A DNA stretch of 64,000 nt from Verrucomicrobiota bacterium (GCA_016871675.1 VHCN01000005.1:384-64383), one strand, 5' to 3'. Numbered from the stretch's first letter, positions 1 through 13,095 are shown. Made by a program: numbers and translations. The notes: generated by a model not told the origin, from the letters alone.

Positions 1-1
1 G

Positions 2-142
2 CAGCACTACGAGAAGGCCGAAGCCCTCCGCCCCGCAGGCAACGACGACGCCTTGCTTCGCTTCAACGCCTGCGCCCGCATCATGATGAAGAACAACCTC
101 ACCGCGCGCCCGCAGGAGAACTACGAACCGGCGCTTGAGTAG
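2..142 (+). CDS. 3' end of a CDS entering from the left edge (partial, product unknown)
   Basis: Frame +2 is open from the window edge to TAG at 140-142 (...QHYEKAEALRPAGNDDALLRFNACARIMMKNNLTARPQENYEPALE*). Third codon positions are G/C-rich like the confirmed genes. No domain is recognisable from 46 aa. Confidence 0.3.
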   Translation, partial: QHYEKAEALRPAGNDDALLRFNACARIMMKNNLTARPQENYEPALE

Positions 143-219
143 CGCAGCACCGGACAGGCTGCTCCGCCAGGCCGACCGCGTTTTGCCACGCGCACGTTGT
201 GTGCTACGTTGGGCGCAGG

Positions 220-1671
220 ATGAACAGGGCTTCGGACCAGTCCGCTCCGGATGCCGCCCCTGCGGAACGGCCAGCCGCGGCTTCCATTTCCCCCGCCGAG
301 GTCGTCCGCGAACTGAGGAAGCACGTGCTGTTGGACGGACTCCGCATCGTCGTGGACCTCGAGCGCAGCCGCGGCAGTGAACTCGTGGACGCAGTGACCG
401 GGCGCCGGTTGCTCGACCTCTACGGTTTCTACGGCTCCATGCCCGTCGGCTTCAACCATCCGCGTTTCGACCGCGCCGACGTGCGCCACGAGCTGCTCGC
501 GGCGGCGAGGACGAAGGTCGCGAACTCCGATGTCTGCTCCGTCCCGTTCGCGGAGTTCGTCCGCACGTTCAGCCGCGTCGCGGGACTGCCGCCGCTCGAG
601 CGCTATTTCTTCATCGAGGGCGGCGCGGTCGCGGTCGAAAACGCGATGAAGGCCGCGATGGATTGGAAGACAAGGAAAAACCTCGCGGCGGGGCGCGGCG
701 CGCGTGGCACGGAGATACTCCACTTCACGAACGCATTCCACGGCCGGAGCGGCTACACACTGAGCGTGACGAACACCGACCCGCTGAAGGTGCAGCACTT
801 CGCCAAGTTCAACTGGCCGCGCATCACGGCGCCGCGCGTGGACTTCTCGCTTCCCGAACCGAGGCGAACGGGTGCGGCCATCATCGCCGAGTTGCGCGCC
901 GAGGCGGAGATTCGCGAGGCGTTCAAGCGCCGGCCGCACGAGATCGCCGCGATGCTCATCGAGCCCATTCAGGGCGAGGGCGGCGACAACCATTTCCGGC
1001 CCGAGTTCCTGCGGCTGCTGCGGCAGATTTGCGACGAGCAGGAAGCGCTGCTGATCTTCGACGAGGTGCAGTGCGGGCTCGGGCTCACGGGGAAGACGTG
1101 GTGCTGCGGGCATTTCGGTGTGGTGCCCGACCTGCTGGCGTTCGGCAAGAAGGTGCAGGTCTGCGGCGTGATGGCCGGCCCGCGGCTCGACGAGGTCCGC
1201 GACAACGTGTTCCGCCTGCCCGGACGCATCAACTCGACGTGGGGCGGCAACCTTGCCGACATGGTGCGCTCGACCCATTGCCTGCGCATCATCGAGGAGG
1301 AACGCCTCGTCGAGAACGCGGCCGTGCGCGGCGAGGAGTTCCTACTGGGCCTGCAGGCGGTCGCGTCGGAGTTTGAGTTCGTGAGCGCGCCGCGCGGGCG
1401 CGGTTTGATGCTGGCGTTCGACCTGCCGGACCGCGCGACGCGCGACGCCTTCTGGACCGGGCTGCACGAGTTGGGAGCGCTCGCGCTTCGGTCGGGTGAA
1501 CGGACGTTGAGATTCAGGCCGGCGCTGGACATCCGCACCGAGGCGGTGAACCGCGCGCTCGTGTTGATTCGCGAGCAATGCCAGCGCACACGTTCGCCCG
1601 CGCGTCCGAATGTGACGAACCCGCCGTTGCGCGTCGCGGCGCATCGAAGCGAATTCCCGAAAGCCGCGTAG
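220..1671 (+). CDS. lat: L-lysine 6-(epsilon)-aminotransferase, class III PLP aminotransferase
   Basis: Near full-length resemblance by eye to actinobacterial Lat: LLDGLRIVVDLERSRGSELVDAVTGRR, FHGRSGYTLS, EPIQGEGGDNHFRPEF, FDEVQCGLGLTG, PLP-lysine context AFGKKVQVCG, NSTWGGN. ATG at 220 preferred over GTG at 199. Confidence 0.88.
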   Translation: MNRASDQSAPDAAPAERPAAASISPAEVVRELRKHVLLDGLRIVVDLERSRGSELVDAVTGRRLLDLYGFYGSMPVGFNHPRFDRADVRHELLAAARTKVANSDVCSVPFAEFVRTFSRVAGLPPLERYFFIEGGAVAVENAMKAAMDWKTRKNLAAGRGARGTEILHFTNAFHGRSGYTLSVTNTDPLKVQHFAKFNWPRITAPRVDFSLPEPRRTGAAIIAELRAEAEIREAFKRRPHEIAAMLIEPIQGEGGDNHFRPEFLRLLRQICDEQEALLIFDEVQCGLGLTGKTWCCGHFGVVPDLLAFGKKVQVCGVMAGPRLDEVRDNVFRLPGRINSTWGGNLADMVRSTHCLRIIEEERLVENAAVRGEEFLLGLQAVASEFEFVSAPRGRGLMLAFDLPDRATRDAFWTGLHELGALALRSGERTLRFRPALDIRTEAVNRALVLIREQCQRTRSPARPNVTNPPLRVAAHRSEFPKAA

Positions 1672-1712
1672 TCCGGGCAGGTGGGGAACCCGCCGTCTGG
1701 TTGAACCTGCAA

Positions 1713-4658
<2,946 letters not shown>

Positions 4659-4816
4659 CGTGGCCTCGGCGGCGCGGCGTTGGGGGGAAACGTTCGGGTC
4701 CTGTTTCCTCAGGGTCGGCACAAGCCGACCATACACAAGGCCCCTGCTCCGACAAGTTGAATGTAGGCATCCGCCGCGTCCTGCAGTTCAGCTACCCTTC
4801 CAACACCCGATCTGCC

Positions 4817-5890
4817 ATGCTCGCGCCCATGACCATTCCGGAGCATCGCAAGGCCATTGACTCGCTCGACCTCAAGATTGTCGGTCTGCTCAATGACCGC
4901 ACCCGGCACGTGCTCGAAATCGGCGAAGCCAAGCGCAGGGCGGGCGAAGAAATCTACGCGCCGCATCGCGAGCGACAGGTCTTGCAGCGCGTCGCCCGCT
5001 TGAACAAGGGGCCGATCACGAACGACTCGCTCCGCGCCATTTATCGCGAAGTCATGTCCGGCGCGCTCGCGCTCGAGAAATCCATGCACATCGCCTACCT
5101 CGGCCCGGAGGCGACGTTCACGCACCAGGCCGCCATCCAGCGCTTCGGCTCGAGCCTTGGTTACATCGCGCAGAAAACCATCGCCGACGTCTTCAGCGAA
5201 GTCGCCAAGGGCCGCGCCGATTACGGCGTGGTGCCCGTCGAGAATTCCACCGAGGGCGTCGTCACGCACACGCTCGACATGTTTGTGGACAGCGACCTCA
5301 AGATCGTCGCGCAAATCGTCCTGCCCATCTCACACTGCCTCGTGAGCCGCACGTCGCGCCGCGACATCAAGAAGCTCTTCGTCCATCCGCAGACGCTCGC
5401 GCAGTGCCGCTCGTGGGTGCACAAGAGTTTCCCGCACGCCGAGCTCATCGAGACGTCCTCGAACGCCCGATCCGCCGAACTCGCCCGCGCCGGCCGGCGC
5501 AGCGGCGCCATCGCCGGCCTGCTCGCCGCGGAGAAATACGGCCTTCCCGTCCTCGAGCACGACATCCAGGACAATGCCGCCAACGCCACGCGCTTCCTCG
5601 TGCTCGGCCGCAGGTGCGGCCCGGCCACCGGACGCGACCGCACCAGCGTGATGTTCAGCATTGCCGACCAGGTCGGTGCGCTGCACCGCGCACTCGCGCC
5701 GTTCCGCCGCTTCCGAATCAACATGACCAAGATCGAAAGCCGCCCGAGCAAGCGGAAGGCGTGGGAGTATTTCTTCTTCGTGGACTGCGACGGTCATGCC
5801 AGCGACCGCAAGCTCGCCAAGACGCTCGCCTTGCTCGGCGAACACTGCAGCTTCGTGAAAGTGCTCGGCTCCTATCCAAACGCCGGCTGA
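4817..5890 (+). CDS. pheA: Bifunctional chorismate mutase / prephenate dehydratase (P-protein)
   Basis: Chorismate mutase N-domain (IDSLDLKIVGLLNDRTRHVLEIGEAKR). Prephenate dehydratase core (IAYLGPEATFTHQAA, VPVENSTEGVV, TRFLVL). ACT domain (TSVMFSIADQVGALHRAL..INMTKIESRP). ATG at 4817 or 4829; the track start 4757 is TTG. Confidence 0.9.
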   Translation: MLAPMTIPEHRKAIDSLDLKIVGLLNDRTRHVLEIGEAKRRAGEEIYAPHRERQVLQRVARLNKGPITNDSLRAIYREVMSGALALEKSMHIAYLGPEATFTHQAAIQRFGSSLGYIAQKTIADVFSEVAKGRADYGVVPVENSTEGVVTHTLDMFVDSDLKIVAQIVLPISHCLVSRTSRRDIKKLFVHPQTLAQCRSWVHKSFPHAELIETSSNARSAELARAGRRSGAIAGLLAAEKYGLPVLEHDIQDNAANATRFLVLGRRCGPATGRDRTSVMFSIADQVGALHRALAPFRRFRINMTKIESRPSKRKAWEYFFFVDCDGHASDRKLAKTLALLGEHCSFVKVLGSYPNAG

Positions 5891-6004
5891 ACGGACTCCC
5901 CATTCGCGCGACGCACTCCCTCCCAGCCAACCGCCGTCCCACCCCGGAGACTATTTCCCGATAAATCGCTTCACGACGCCGCCCCACTTCGCAACGATGC
6001 GGTC

Positions 6005-9000
6005 GTGGACGCCACGTTCCTCCTCGGCCCCGCCGGCAGCGGCAAGACGCACCGCTGCCTCGTGGAGGTTCGCACCGCGCTCCACGCCGCTCCGGACGGC
6101 CCGCCGCTGGTTTTCCTCGCCCCCAAGCAGGCCACATTTCAACTCGAGCGCCAGGTGCTCGACCCCGCCGCTCCCGGCGCGCCCGCCGGCTTCACCCGAC
6201 TGCACATCCTTTCCTTCGAGCGACTCGCCGAGTGGGCGCTCGACCAACTCGGCCGGCCGCAACCGCCGCTGATCGACGAGGAAGGCCGGCTCATGGTCCT
6301 GCGCGCCATCCTCGCCCAACGCCACGGGGACCTGAATCTCTTCCGCGCCACCGCGCGACTGCCCGGCTTCGCGCGGCAGCTCAGCGCGCTGCTTCGCGAA
6401 CTCCAGCGGCACCAGCTCGCGCCCGAAGACCTCCGCACACTCGGTGCGAAGTGCCCGCCGACTCTCGGCGCGAAACTCGCCGACCTCGCCACGCTGCTTC
6501 GAGCCTATCGCGGCTGGCTCGATCACGCGCGTCTCCACGACGCCGACTCGCTCCTCGACCTCGCCACCGTCGCCCTCCGAAAAGCCGCCCCAGAACCGCC
6601 ATTCCGCATTCCGCGCCTGTGGCTCGACGGCTTCGCCGAGATGGCGCCGCAGGAACTCGACCTCCTCGCCGCGCTCGCGCCATTCTGCGAACGCGCCACG
6701 CTCGCCTTCTGCATCGCGGACGACCCGCGCGACGACCCCGACTGGCTTTCCACGTGGTCCATCGTCGGCCGCACGGTGATCCGCTGCCGCGAACGGCTCG
6801 CGGCTGAACCGCACTGCGCGGTCCGCACTCTCGTGCTCGCTCGCGACCCTGCGTGCGGCCGTTTCAAACGATGCGCCGCGCTCGCGCACCTCGAGGAACA
6901 CTGGCTCCGGCCCGCCCCCGGCCGCGCGCCGGACGCGGCTGATTCCATCCGCGCCGTCGCTTGCGCCGACCCCGAAGCGGAGGCGTCGCTCGCCGCGCGC
7001 GAAATCCTCCAGCACGTCCAGCGCGGCGGACGCTACCGCGACTGCGCGGTGCTGGCGCGCTCGCTCGATTCCCATCACGCCGTGATCAGCCGCGTCTTCA
7101 CGCGCTACGGCATCCCGCATTTTCTCGACCGCCGCGAATCCGCGTCGCACCACCCGCTCGCCGAACTCACGCGCGCCGCGCTGCGCACCGCCGCCTTCGG
7201 CTGGCGTCACGAGGATTGGTTTGCGGCGCTCAAGACCGGCCTCGCCATCGCGGACGACAACGGCGTGGACCGCCTCGAAACACTTGCCCTCGCGCGCGGC
7301 TGGCAGGGCGACAAGTGGCTGTCTCCACTGCCCGGCGAAGCGACCGACCCGCAACACAGTTTCGGCGAAGAATGCCGTCAACGCCTCACGCCCCCGTTCG
7401 TCACACTGCGCGACGCGCTCGCCGGTTCCCCGACCGGCTCCCAAGTCGCGGCGTCGCTGCGAGATTTGTGGAAACAACTGAACGTCGTCGAGAAACTCGA
7501 GCTGTGGCAGGCCGCCCCGCCCCGGTCGGCACTCGGCCATCAGCAATCGGCAATTCACCTGACCGTCTGGCGTCAGCTCCAGTCCTGGCTCTCAAATCTC
7601 GAACTCGCCTTCGCCGGTGCCGCGAGCGCCCGACCGCTGCGTGACTGGCTGCCTATTCTCGAGGCCGGGCTCGGCGGGCTGACCATCGGCGTCGTGCCGC
7701 CGACGCTCGATCAGGTGCTCGTCGGCGCCGTGGACCGCGCGCGCAATCCCGACCTCAAGCTCGTCGTCGTGCTCGGCCTCAACGAAGGGCAGTTTCCTTC
7801 GCCCCCCGGCGCGAGCCCGCTGCTCACCGAGTCCGAGCGCGATGAACTCGACAAGCTGGACGGCCGCCTCTCGCTCAGCCCGCGCCCGCGCCACGGCCAT
7901 GAGCGTTACCTCGGCTACATCGCGTTCACGCGCCCGGCTGAACGCCTTCGGCTCACCTGCGCCCGGCGCGACGCGAATGGCAAGGAACTCAACCCGTCCC
8001 CACTGCTGGCGCACGTCTCGCGCGTGCTGCCGTCGGTCACAGTCCAGCAAGCTCCCGAGCCCGCGTGGCCGGACGCGGTTCATCCGAGCGAAGTCGTCGC
8101 GCCGCTCGTCGCCGCGCTGGATGCCGGGCCCGGAGCCTGCGCAGCGCCTCCCGCGCTGCTCTCGCTCGCCGATCTCGGCTGCTTCCACGATCCGCTCGCC
8201 AAGTCCGCGCAACGGCGCGCCTGCGCCGCCGAGTCGCTCTCCTCGGACGCCATCGAGCGCCTGTTCGGCCGCGAACTGCTCACCTCCGTCAGCGCGCTCG
8301 AAGACTACGCCGCATGCCCGTTCCGCTTTCTCGCGTCCCGCGGCTTGCGGGCGAAGGAGCGCGACGAACTCGTCGTCGACCCGACGCGGCTCGGCTCCTT
8401 CATGCACGAGGCGATGGAACGCTTCCACAGGGCGACCGTCGCGAGCGGGAAGCAGTGGCGCGATTGGGCCGCAGACGATGCCGCCGCCGAGATGGGCCGC
8501 ATCGCCACGACCCTGCTCGCGGAATTTCAGGGCTCGCTCTTCACGCAGGACGCCACCGCCGGGTTCATCGGCCAGCTCAAGGTCGCGCAACTTCAGCGCC
8601 TCATCCGCGTGCTCGTCCAGTGGGCGCGGCAGAATGATTTCAATCCCGCCGCTGCTGAAGTGGAGTTTGGCGACACGAAAGACCTGCCGGCACTCAAACT
8701 CGAGCTCGACGGCGGGCGGTGCTTGAAGCTCACCGGCAAGGTGGACCGCGTGGACGTTTGCGTGGACAGCGACGCGAAGGTCACATGGGCGGCCGTGCTC
8801 GATTACAAGTCGTCGGCCCGCAAGCTCGACGCGGTGCGAGTGTTCAACGGGCTCGAAATCCAGCTCCTCGCGTATCTTGTGACGCTCGCGGAATCGGGCG
8901 GTTCCAACCCGTTCGGCGGGGATCAGGTCCGGCCCGCGGGTGTGTTCTACGTGCCGCTGCGCGTGGAGCGCGGCAAGTCCGCATCACGGGCGGCGACCGT

Positions 9001-9397
9001 CGCGGGCATCGGCGTGGAGATGGGCGGCTTCCAGCACACGGGGCGCTTCGACGAGACGCTCGTGAGGAAGTTCGACACGCGGCCCGGCGCAACGAAGGGC
9101 GAGCAGTTCCGCTTCAGCTACAACAAGGATGGGAGCCTCAGCAGACGCGGCAACGACGCCATCCTTTCGACGGACTTTCGCGCGCAACTCGACCACGTGC
9201 GCGCGAAACTCGCCTCATTCGGCAACAGCATCTTCGCCGGAGAATTTCGAGTCAGCCCGTATCGGACGGTCACGGAGACGGCGTGCGACTGGTGCAAGTT
9301 CAAGCCCGCCTGCCGATTCGACCCGTGGCTGCAGCCGTATCGTGCGCTCGCCGCGCCGCCGCAACCGCCCGCCGCCCCACCCACGAAGAAGCGATGA
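6005..9397 (+). CDS. addB: Helicase-nuclease complex subunit AddB (RecB-family nuclease with Fe-S cluster cysteines)
   Basis: N-terminal Walker A (FLLGPAGSGKTHRC). C-terminal PD-(D/E)XK nuclease (LKLTGKVDRVDV...AVLDYKSS). AddB-type cysteine set (YAACPF ... CDWCKFKPAC = CxxCx5C). Stop overlaps the addA start (ATGA at 9394-9397). GTG start. Confidence 0.85.
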   Translation: MDATFLLGPAGSGKTHRCLVEVRTALHAAPDGPPLVFLAPKQATFQLERQVLDPAAPGAPAGFTRLHILSFERLAEWALDQLGRPQPPLIDEEGRLMVLRAILAQRHGDLNLFRATARLPGFARQLSALLRELQRHQLAPEDLRTLGAKCPPTLGAKLADLATLLRAYRGWLDHARLHDADSLLDLATVALRKAAPEPPFRIPRLWLDGFAEMAPQELDLLAALAPFCERATLAFCIADDPRDDPDWLSTWSIVGRTVIRCRERLAAEPHCAVRTLVLARDPACGRFKRCAALAHLEEHWLRPAPGRAPDAADSIRAVACADPEAEASLAAREILQHVQRGGRYRDCAVLARSLDSHHAVISRVFTRYGIPHFLDRRESASHHPLAELTRAALRTAAFGWRHEDWFAALKTGLAIADDNGVDRLETLALARGWQGDKWLSPLPGEATDPQHSFGEECRQRLTPPFVTLRDALAGSPTGSQVAASLRDLWKQLNVVEKLELWQAAPPRSALGHQQSAIHLTVWRQLQSWLSNLELAFAGAASARPLRDWLPILEAGLGGLTIGVVPPTLDQVLVGAVDRARNPDLKLVVVLGLNEGQFPSPPGASPLLTESERDELDKLDGRLSLSPRPRHGHERYLGYIAFTRPAERLRLTCARRDANGKELNPSPLLAHVSRVLPSVTVQQAPEPAWPDAVHPSEVVAPLVAALDAGPGACAAPPALLSLADLGCFHDPLAKSAQRRACAAESLSSDAIERLFGRELLTSVSALEDYAACPFRFLASRGLRAKERDELVVDPTRLGSFMHEAMERFHRATVASGKQWRDWAADDAAAEMGRIATTLLAEFQGSLFTQDATAGFIGQLKVAQLQRLIRVLVQWARQNDFNPAAAEVEFGDTKDLPALKLELDGGRCLKLTGKVDRVDVCVDSDAKVTWAAVLDYKSSARKLDAVRVFNGLEIQLLAYLVTLAESGGSNPFGGDQVRPAGVFYVPLRVERGKSASRAATVAGIGVEMGGFQHTGRFDETLVRKFDTRPGATKGEQFRFSYNKDGSLSRRGNDAILSTDFRAQLDHVRAKLASFGNSIFAGEFRVSPYRTVTETACDWCKFKPACRFDPWLQPYRALAAPPQPPAAPPTKKR

Positions 9398-12300
9398 GCG
9401 AACCCACCTCATCCCAACAGCGCGCCATCGCCGCGCGCGGCAACGTGCTCGTCTCCGCCGGCGCGGGCACGGGCAAGACCAGCACGCTGGTCGAGCGGTG
9501 CATCCGCCTCGTGCTCGACGAGGACGCGTCGCTCGACCGCATCCTGATGGCGACCTTCACCGAGGCCGCGGCCGCCGAAATGCGGCAGCGATTGCGCGAA
9601 GCGCTTGAGAAGAAGTCTGGCGCCGCCACCGACGGCGAGCGCGCGGCGCGACAACTGGCGCTGCTCGAAACCGCGCACATCTCGACGCTGCATGGATTCT
9701 GCCTCCGGCTCATCCGCGAGCACTTTCACGAACTGCAACTCGACCCCGACGTGCGCGTGCTCGACGACGAGCACACGCGCCCGCTCGCGCACGAAACGCT
9801 CGACGAACTCCTCGACCGGCACTACGCGTCCCGCGAAGCCGCCTCGCAAGCCGTGCACGCGCTCGTGCGCCGACTCGGCTGCGGCTCCGACGAACCGGTC
9901 CGCGAGCTCGTGCGCGATTTGCATCGCTTCACGCAGACGCTCCCTCACCCGCAGCAGTGGCTCGACGCGCAAGCCGCGTCGTTCAGCCGGGAACAGCCGG
10001 ATGACTGGCGCGCGTGTTTCGTGAAAGCCGTCGCCGTGTGGCGCAATCGCTGGCGCGATGCGGTCGATCCGCTTTCGGAGAACCCGAACGTGAAAGCCGC
10101 GGCGGAGGTGCTGCGGCGACTTCCGGCCGGGCCGACGTCTGACGAGTCGCTGTCGTGTCTGCGCGAGATCGGAGCCGTGGACGCAAACGAAAACGGGTGG
10201 CACAGGGTGAAGGGCAAAGTGCGCGGCCCCATCGACAAGTTCTTCGACGACGCCGCGCTGCTGCGCGAACTTGCCGAGCCTCTCACCGCGAGTGCGGCCG
10301 GTCGCGCCGCGACGGGAGACGAACCGCACCACGGGCAAACCGCCCTCGACCAGGACTGGTCGTGGACCCGCCCGCACATGGTAACGCTGGTGCGATTGGC
10401 GCAAGAGTTCACCGCGAACTACACCCGCGCCAAGCGCGAGCTTGGGGGCGTGGACTTCGCAGACCTCGAACAGCTTTCGCTCAAACTGCTCCTCGACGAA
10501 CGCGGCGAGCCGACCGCGACCGCGCGGCGCTGGCGCGAGCGGCTCGATCACGTGTTCGTGGACGAGTGCCAGGACATCAACGCCGCGCAGGACGCCATCC
10601 TCCGCGCGCTCAGCCGCGACGGCGCGGACGCGAACCGCTTTCTCGTCGGCGACGTGAAGCAGAGCATTTACCGGTTCCGGCGCGCCGAGCCCAAAATCTT
10701 CGCCGACTACGGGGAGGCGTGGAAACCCGCCGGCGCGCCCGGCCAGCGCATCCCGCTTTCGGACAACTTCCGCAGCCATGAGGCGCTGCTGCACTTCGTC
10801 AACGCGTTCTTCTCGCCGCTGCTGCGCAAGAGTGTCGGCGGCGTGGACTACGATTCGGATGCGGAGCTGAAGTTCGCGCTGCCGGGCAGCCGCGCGGGGC
10901 TTTCGATCAAATCCGACGCCGCAGCGCGCGTGGAGTTGCACGTGTTGCCGAACCAGCTCGACAGCGGCGACGGCGATGATGCGGATGAATCAGTCGCGGA
11001 GCTTGCGGACCTGCCGGCGACGCAACGCGAGGCGCGTCTCGTGGCGCGGCGGCTCCGCGAGCTTCACGAGGGCCGCCTGCAAGTCTGGGGCAAATCCGGA
11101 GGCGGGTTCCGCAACGTGGAATGGCGCGACATGGCGGTGCTGCTGCGCGCGCCGGCCGGCAAGGTCGAAACGTTCGCGCAGGAGTTCCACGCCGCGGGCG
11201 TGCCGCTGCTCGCCGAGCGCGGCGGGTTTTGGGACGCGCAGGAGGTCGTGGATCTCGTGTCGCTGCTGCGCGTGCTCGACAACCCGCATCAGGACATCCC
11301 GCTGCTCGCAGTGCTGCGCTCGCCGCTGGTCGCGATGTCGCTGGAGGAACTGGTCGAGGTGCGCGCGGGGCGGCGGCATGAGTCGCTGTGGGACGCGGTG
11401 AAGAAGTGTTCGGTTGGGACGACGGCTCCCGCGGGCGTTCCGGCGCCCACGCACCACGCACCACGCGTCACGCGGCAGTCAGCGCAGTCCAAGTGCCGGT
11501 GGTTCACAGCGCGCGTCACGGCGTGGCGCGAGATGCTCCGCCACGCGTCGCTCACGGATTGCCTCGAGGCGGCGCTGGCCGAGACGCACTTTGAGGCGCT
11601 CACGCTCGCCGGCGAGCGGGGCCCCGAACGCGTCGCGAACATGAGACGGTTGCTCGATCTCGCGCGGCAGTTCGACCCGTGGCAGCGGCAGGGCGTGTTC
11701 CGCTTCCTGCGATTCGTGCGCGATCAGGAGGACGAGGAAATCCAGCGCGAACCCGCGGCGCCCTCGGCCACCGACGCCGTGCGGCTGATGAGCATCCACC
11801 AGAGCAAGGGGCTGGAGTTCCCGGTGGTTGTGGTCGCGGACCTCGGCAAGCTGTTCAACATGGACTCCGCGCGGCGCGACGTGCTGCTCGATGCGGCGCT
11901 CGGCGTGTGTCCGAAGGTGACGCCGCCGCACACCGAGGGCCGCTACCCAAGCACGGCGTGGTGGCTCGCGAACGCCTGCGCCGAGCGGGAGGGGTTCGGC
12001 GAAGAATTGCGCCTGCTCTACGTGGCGTTCACTCGCGCGCGCGACCGGCTCGTGCTCACGGGCACGCTGCCGCGGTTGAGGGCCGACCAGCTCGCCGGAT
12101 TGCGCACACACGAACCCTCGCCCTTCGTGGGCGAGCGCGAGTTGCTCAAGGCGCGAAATCCGCTCGCCTGGGTGCTGCTCTGGCTGCGCCGCCACGCGAC
12201 CGCGGCGGATGGACTCGGGAATCCGCGCGGCGAGACCCCGCTGCTCTCGTGGGCGTGGCATGACGACGCGAGCCTGTCGGCCGGCGCGACCGCCGCCGTG

Positions 12301-13095
12301 GCAGCGAGCAGACCGGCGAGTGAATCCACCGCCGGGATTGAACCGGATGCCGGGCAGTGCGCCGCGCTTCGGGGCAGGCTGGAATGGACCTACGACTTCG
12401 ACGGAGCGGCGCGCGAGCCGGCGAAGACGAGCGTGTCGGCGCTGCGCAGGCGCGCGATGGAGGTCGAAGAGGCGAGGGAATGGCCGGGGGCAGGAGGATT
12501 CAGTGTTCAGCGTTCAGTGTTCAGTGCGGATGCGGAGGGAAAGGGACCTGACAAGCTGTCCGCGGCGGAACGCGGGACGGCGCATCACTTGTTCCAGCAG
12601 CGCGTCGACCTTGGGCGCACGGACAGCGAGGCGGGGTTGCGGACGGAGGCGGCGCGGTTGGTGGCGGACGGCGCGCTGACGGACGCGCAGGCCGGAGCGC
12701 TCGACTTCGCGGCGCTGGCGGCTTTTTGGAGTTCAGAAGTGGGCCGCAGGATTCTCGTGCATCGTAAACACGTGCGGCGCGAACTGGAGTTCACGGCCCG
12801 GCTCTCGCCCGCTGACCTCGCGCGGTTTCCAGCGCTCGCGCCGAAGTCTGCGCTCGCAGCGGACGAGTTCATGGTCGTGCAGGGCAAGGTGGACTTGCTC
12901 GTGGTGCTCGAGGGCGAGTTGTGGTTGCTGGATTTCAAGACCGACCGGTTCGATCCAGGCGGGTTGATGGCCAAAGTCCGCGAGCACTCCTCGCAACCCG
13001 GCCTCTACGCGCTGGCGCTGGAACGCACCTTTGGCAAGCCGGTCACGGCGAAGTGGCTTCACTTCTTCCACAGCGGGGACACGGTTTCCGCGTAG
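9394..13095 (+). CDS. addA: ATP-dependent helicase/nuclease subunit AddA (UvrD/Rep helicase + RecB nuclease)
   Basis: SF1 helicase motifs: VSAGAGTGKTSTLVER, FVDECQDINAAQ, VGDVKQSIYRFRRA, SIHQSKGLEFPVV, LLYVAFTRARDRLVL. C-terminal nuclease: GKVDLLVV..WLLDFKTDR. The track start at 8719 is an in-frame run-on inside addB. Confidence 0.9.
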   Translation: MSEPTSSQQRAIAARGNVLVSAGAGTGKTSTLVERCIRLVLDEDASLDRILMATFTEAAAAEMRQRLREALEKKSGAATDGERAARQLALLETAHISTLHGFCLRLIREHFHELQLDPDVRVLDDEHTRPLAHETLDELLDRHYASREAASQAVHALVRRLGCGSDEPVRELVRDLHRFTQTLPHPQQWLDAQAASFSREQPDDWRACFVKAVAVWRNRWRDAVDPLSENPNVKAAAEVLRRLPAGPTSDESLSCLREIGAVDANENGWHRVKGKVRGPIDKFFDDAALLRELAEPLTASAAGRAATGDEPHHGQTALDQDWSWTRPHMVTLVRLAQEFTANYTRAKRELGGVDFADLEQLSLKLLLDERGEPTATARRWRERLDHVFVDECQDINAAQDAILRALSRDGADANRFLVGDVKQSIYRFRRAEPKIFADYGEAWKPAGAPGQRIPLSDNFRSHEALLHFVNAFFSPLLRKSVGGVDYDSDAELKFALPGSRAGLSIKSDAAARVELHVLPNQLDSGDGDDADESVAELADLPATQREARLVARRLRELHEGRLQVWGKSGGGFRNVEWRDMAVLLRAPAGKVETFAQEFHAAGVPLLAERGGFWDAQEVVDLVSLLRVLDNPHQDIPLLAVLRSPLVAMSLEELVEVRAGRRHESLWDAVKKCSVGTTAPAGVPAPTHHAPRVTRQSAQSKCRWFTARVTAWREMLRHASLTDCLEAALAETHFEALTLAGERGPERVANMRRLLDLARQFDPWQRQGVFRFLRFVRDQEDEEIQREPAAPSATDAVRLMSIHQSKGLEFPVVVVADLGKLFNMDSARRDVLLDAALGVCPKVTPPHTEGRYPSTAWWLANACAEREGFGEELRLLYVAFTRARDRLVLTGTLPRLRADQLAGLRTHEPSPFVGERELLKARNPLAWVLLWLRRHATAADGLGNPRGETPLLSWAWHDDASLSAGATAAVAASRPASESTAGIEPDAGQCAALRGRLEWTYDFDGAAREPAKTSVSALRRRAMEVEEAREWPGAGGFSVQRSVFSADAEGKGPDKLSAAERGTAHHLFQQRVDLGRTDSEAGLRTEAARLVADGALTDAQAGALDFAALAAFWSSEVGRRILVHRKHVRRELEFTARLSPADLARFPALAPKSALAADEFMVVQGKVDLLVVLEGELWLLDFKTDRFDPGGLMAKVREHSSQPGLYALALERTFGKPVTAKWLHFFHSGDTVSA
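11447..11474. repeat. Tandem heptamer repeat, 4 units (CCACGCA CCACGCA CCACGCG TCACGCG), inside addA
   Basis: Read directly from the sequence. 28 nt, encodes PTHHAPRVTR in a poorly conserved linker of AddA. Confidence 0.9.
12499..12526. repeat. Tandem heptamer repeat, 4 units (TTCAGTG TTCAGCG TTCAGTG TTCAGTG), inside addA
   Basis: Read directly from the sequence. 28 nt, locally AT-richer than the flanks, encodes FSVQRSVFSA between the helicase and nuclease parts of AddA. Confidence 0.9.

Noticed and set aside
8719-9393. N-terminal 225-aa extension of the addA ORF as listed in the track (start 8719).
   Set aside because: It lies wholly inside addB in another frame. The AddA helicase N-terminus (MSEPTSSQQRAIAARGNVLVSAGAGTGKT) starts at the ATG at 9394, which overlaps the addB stop.
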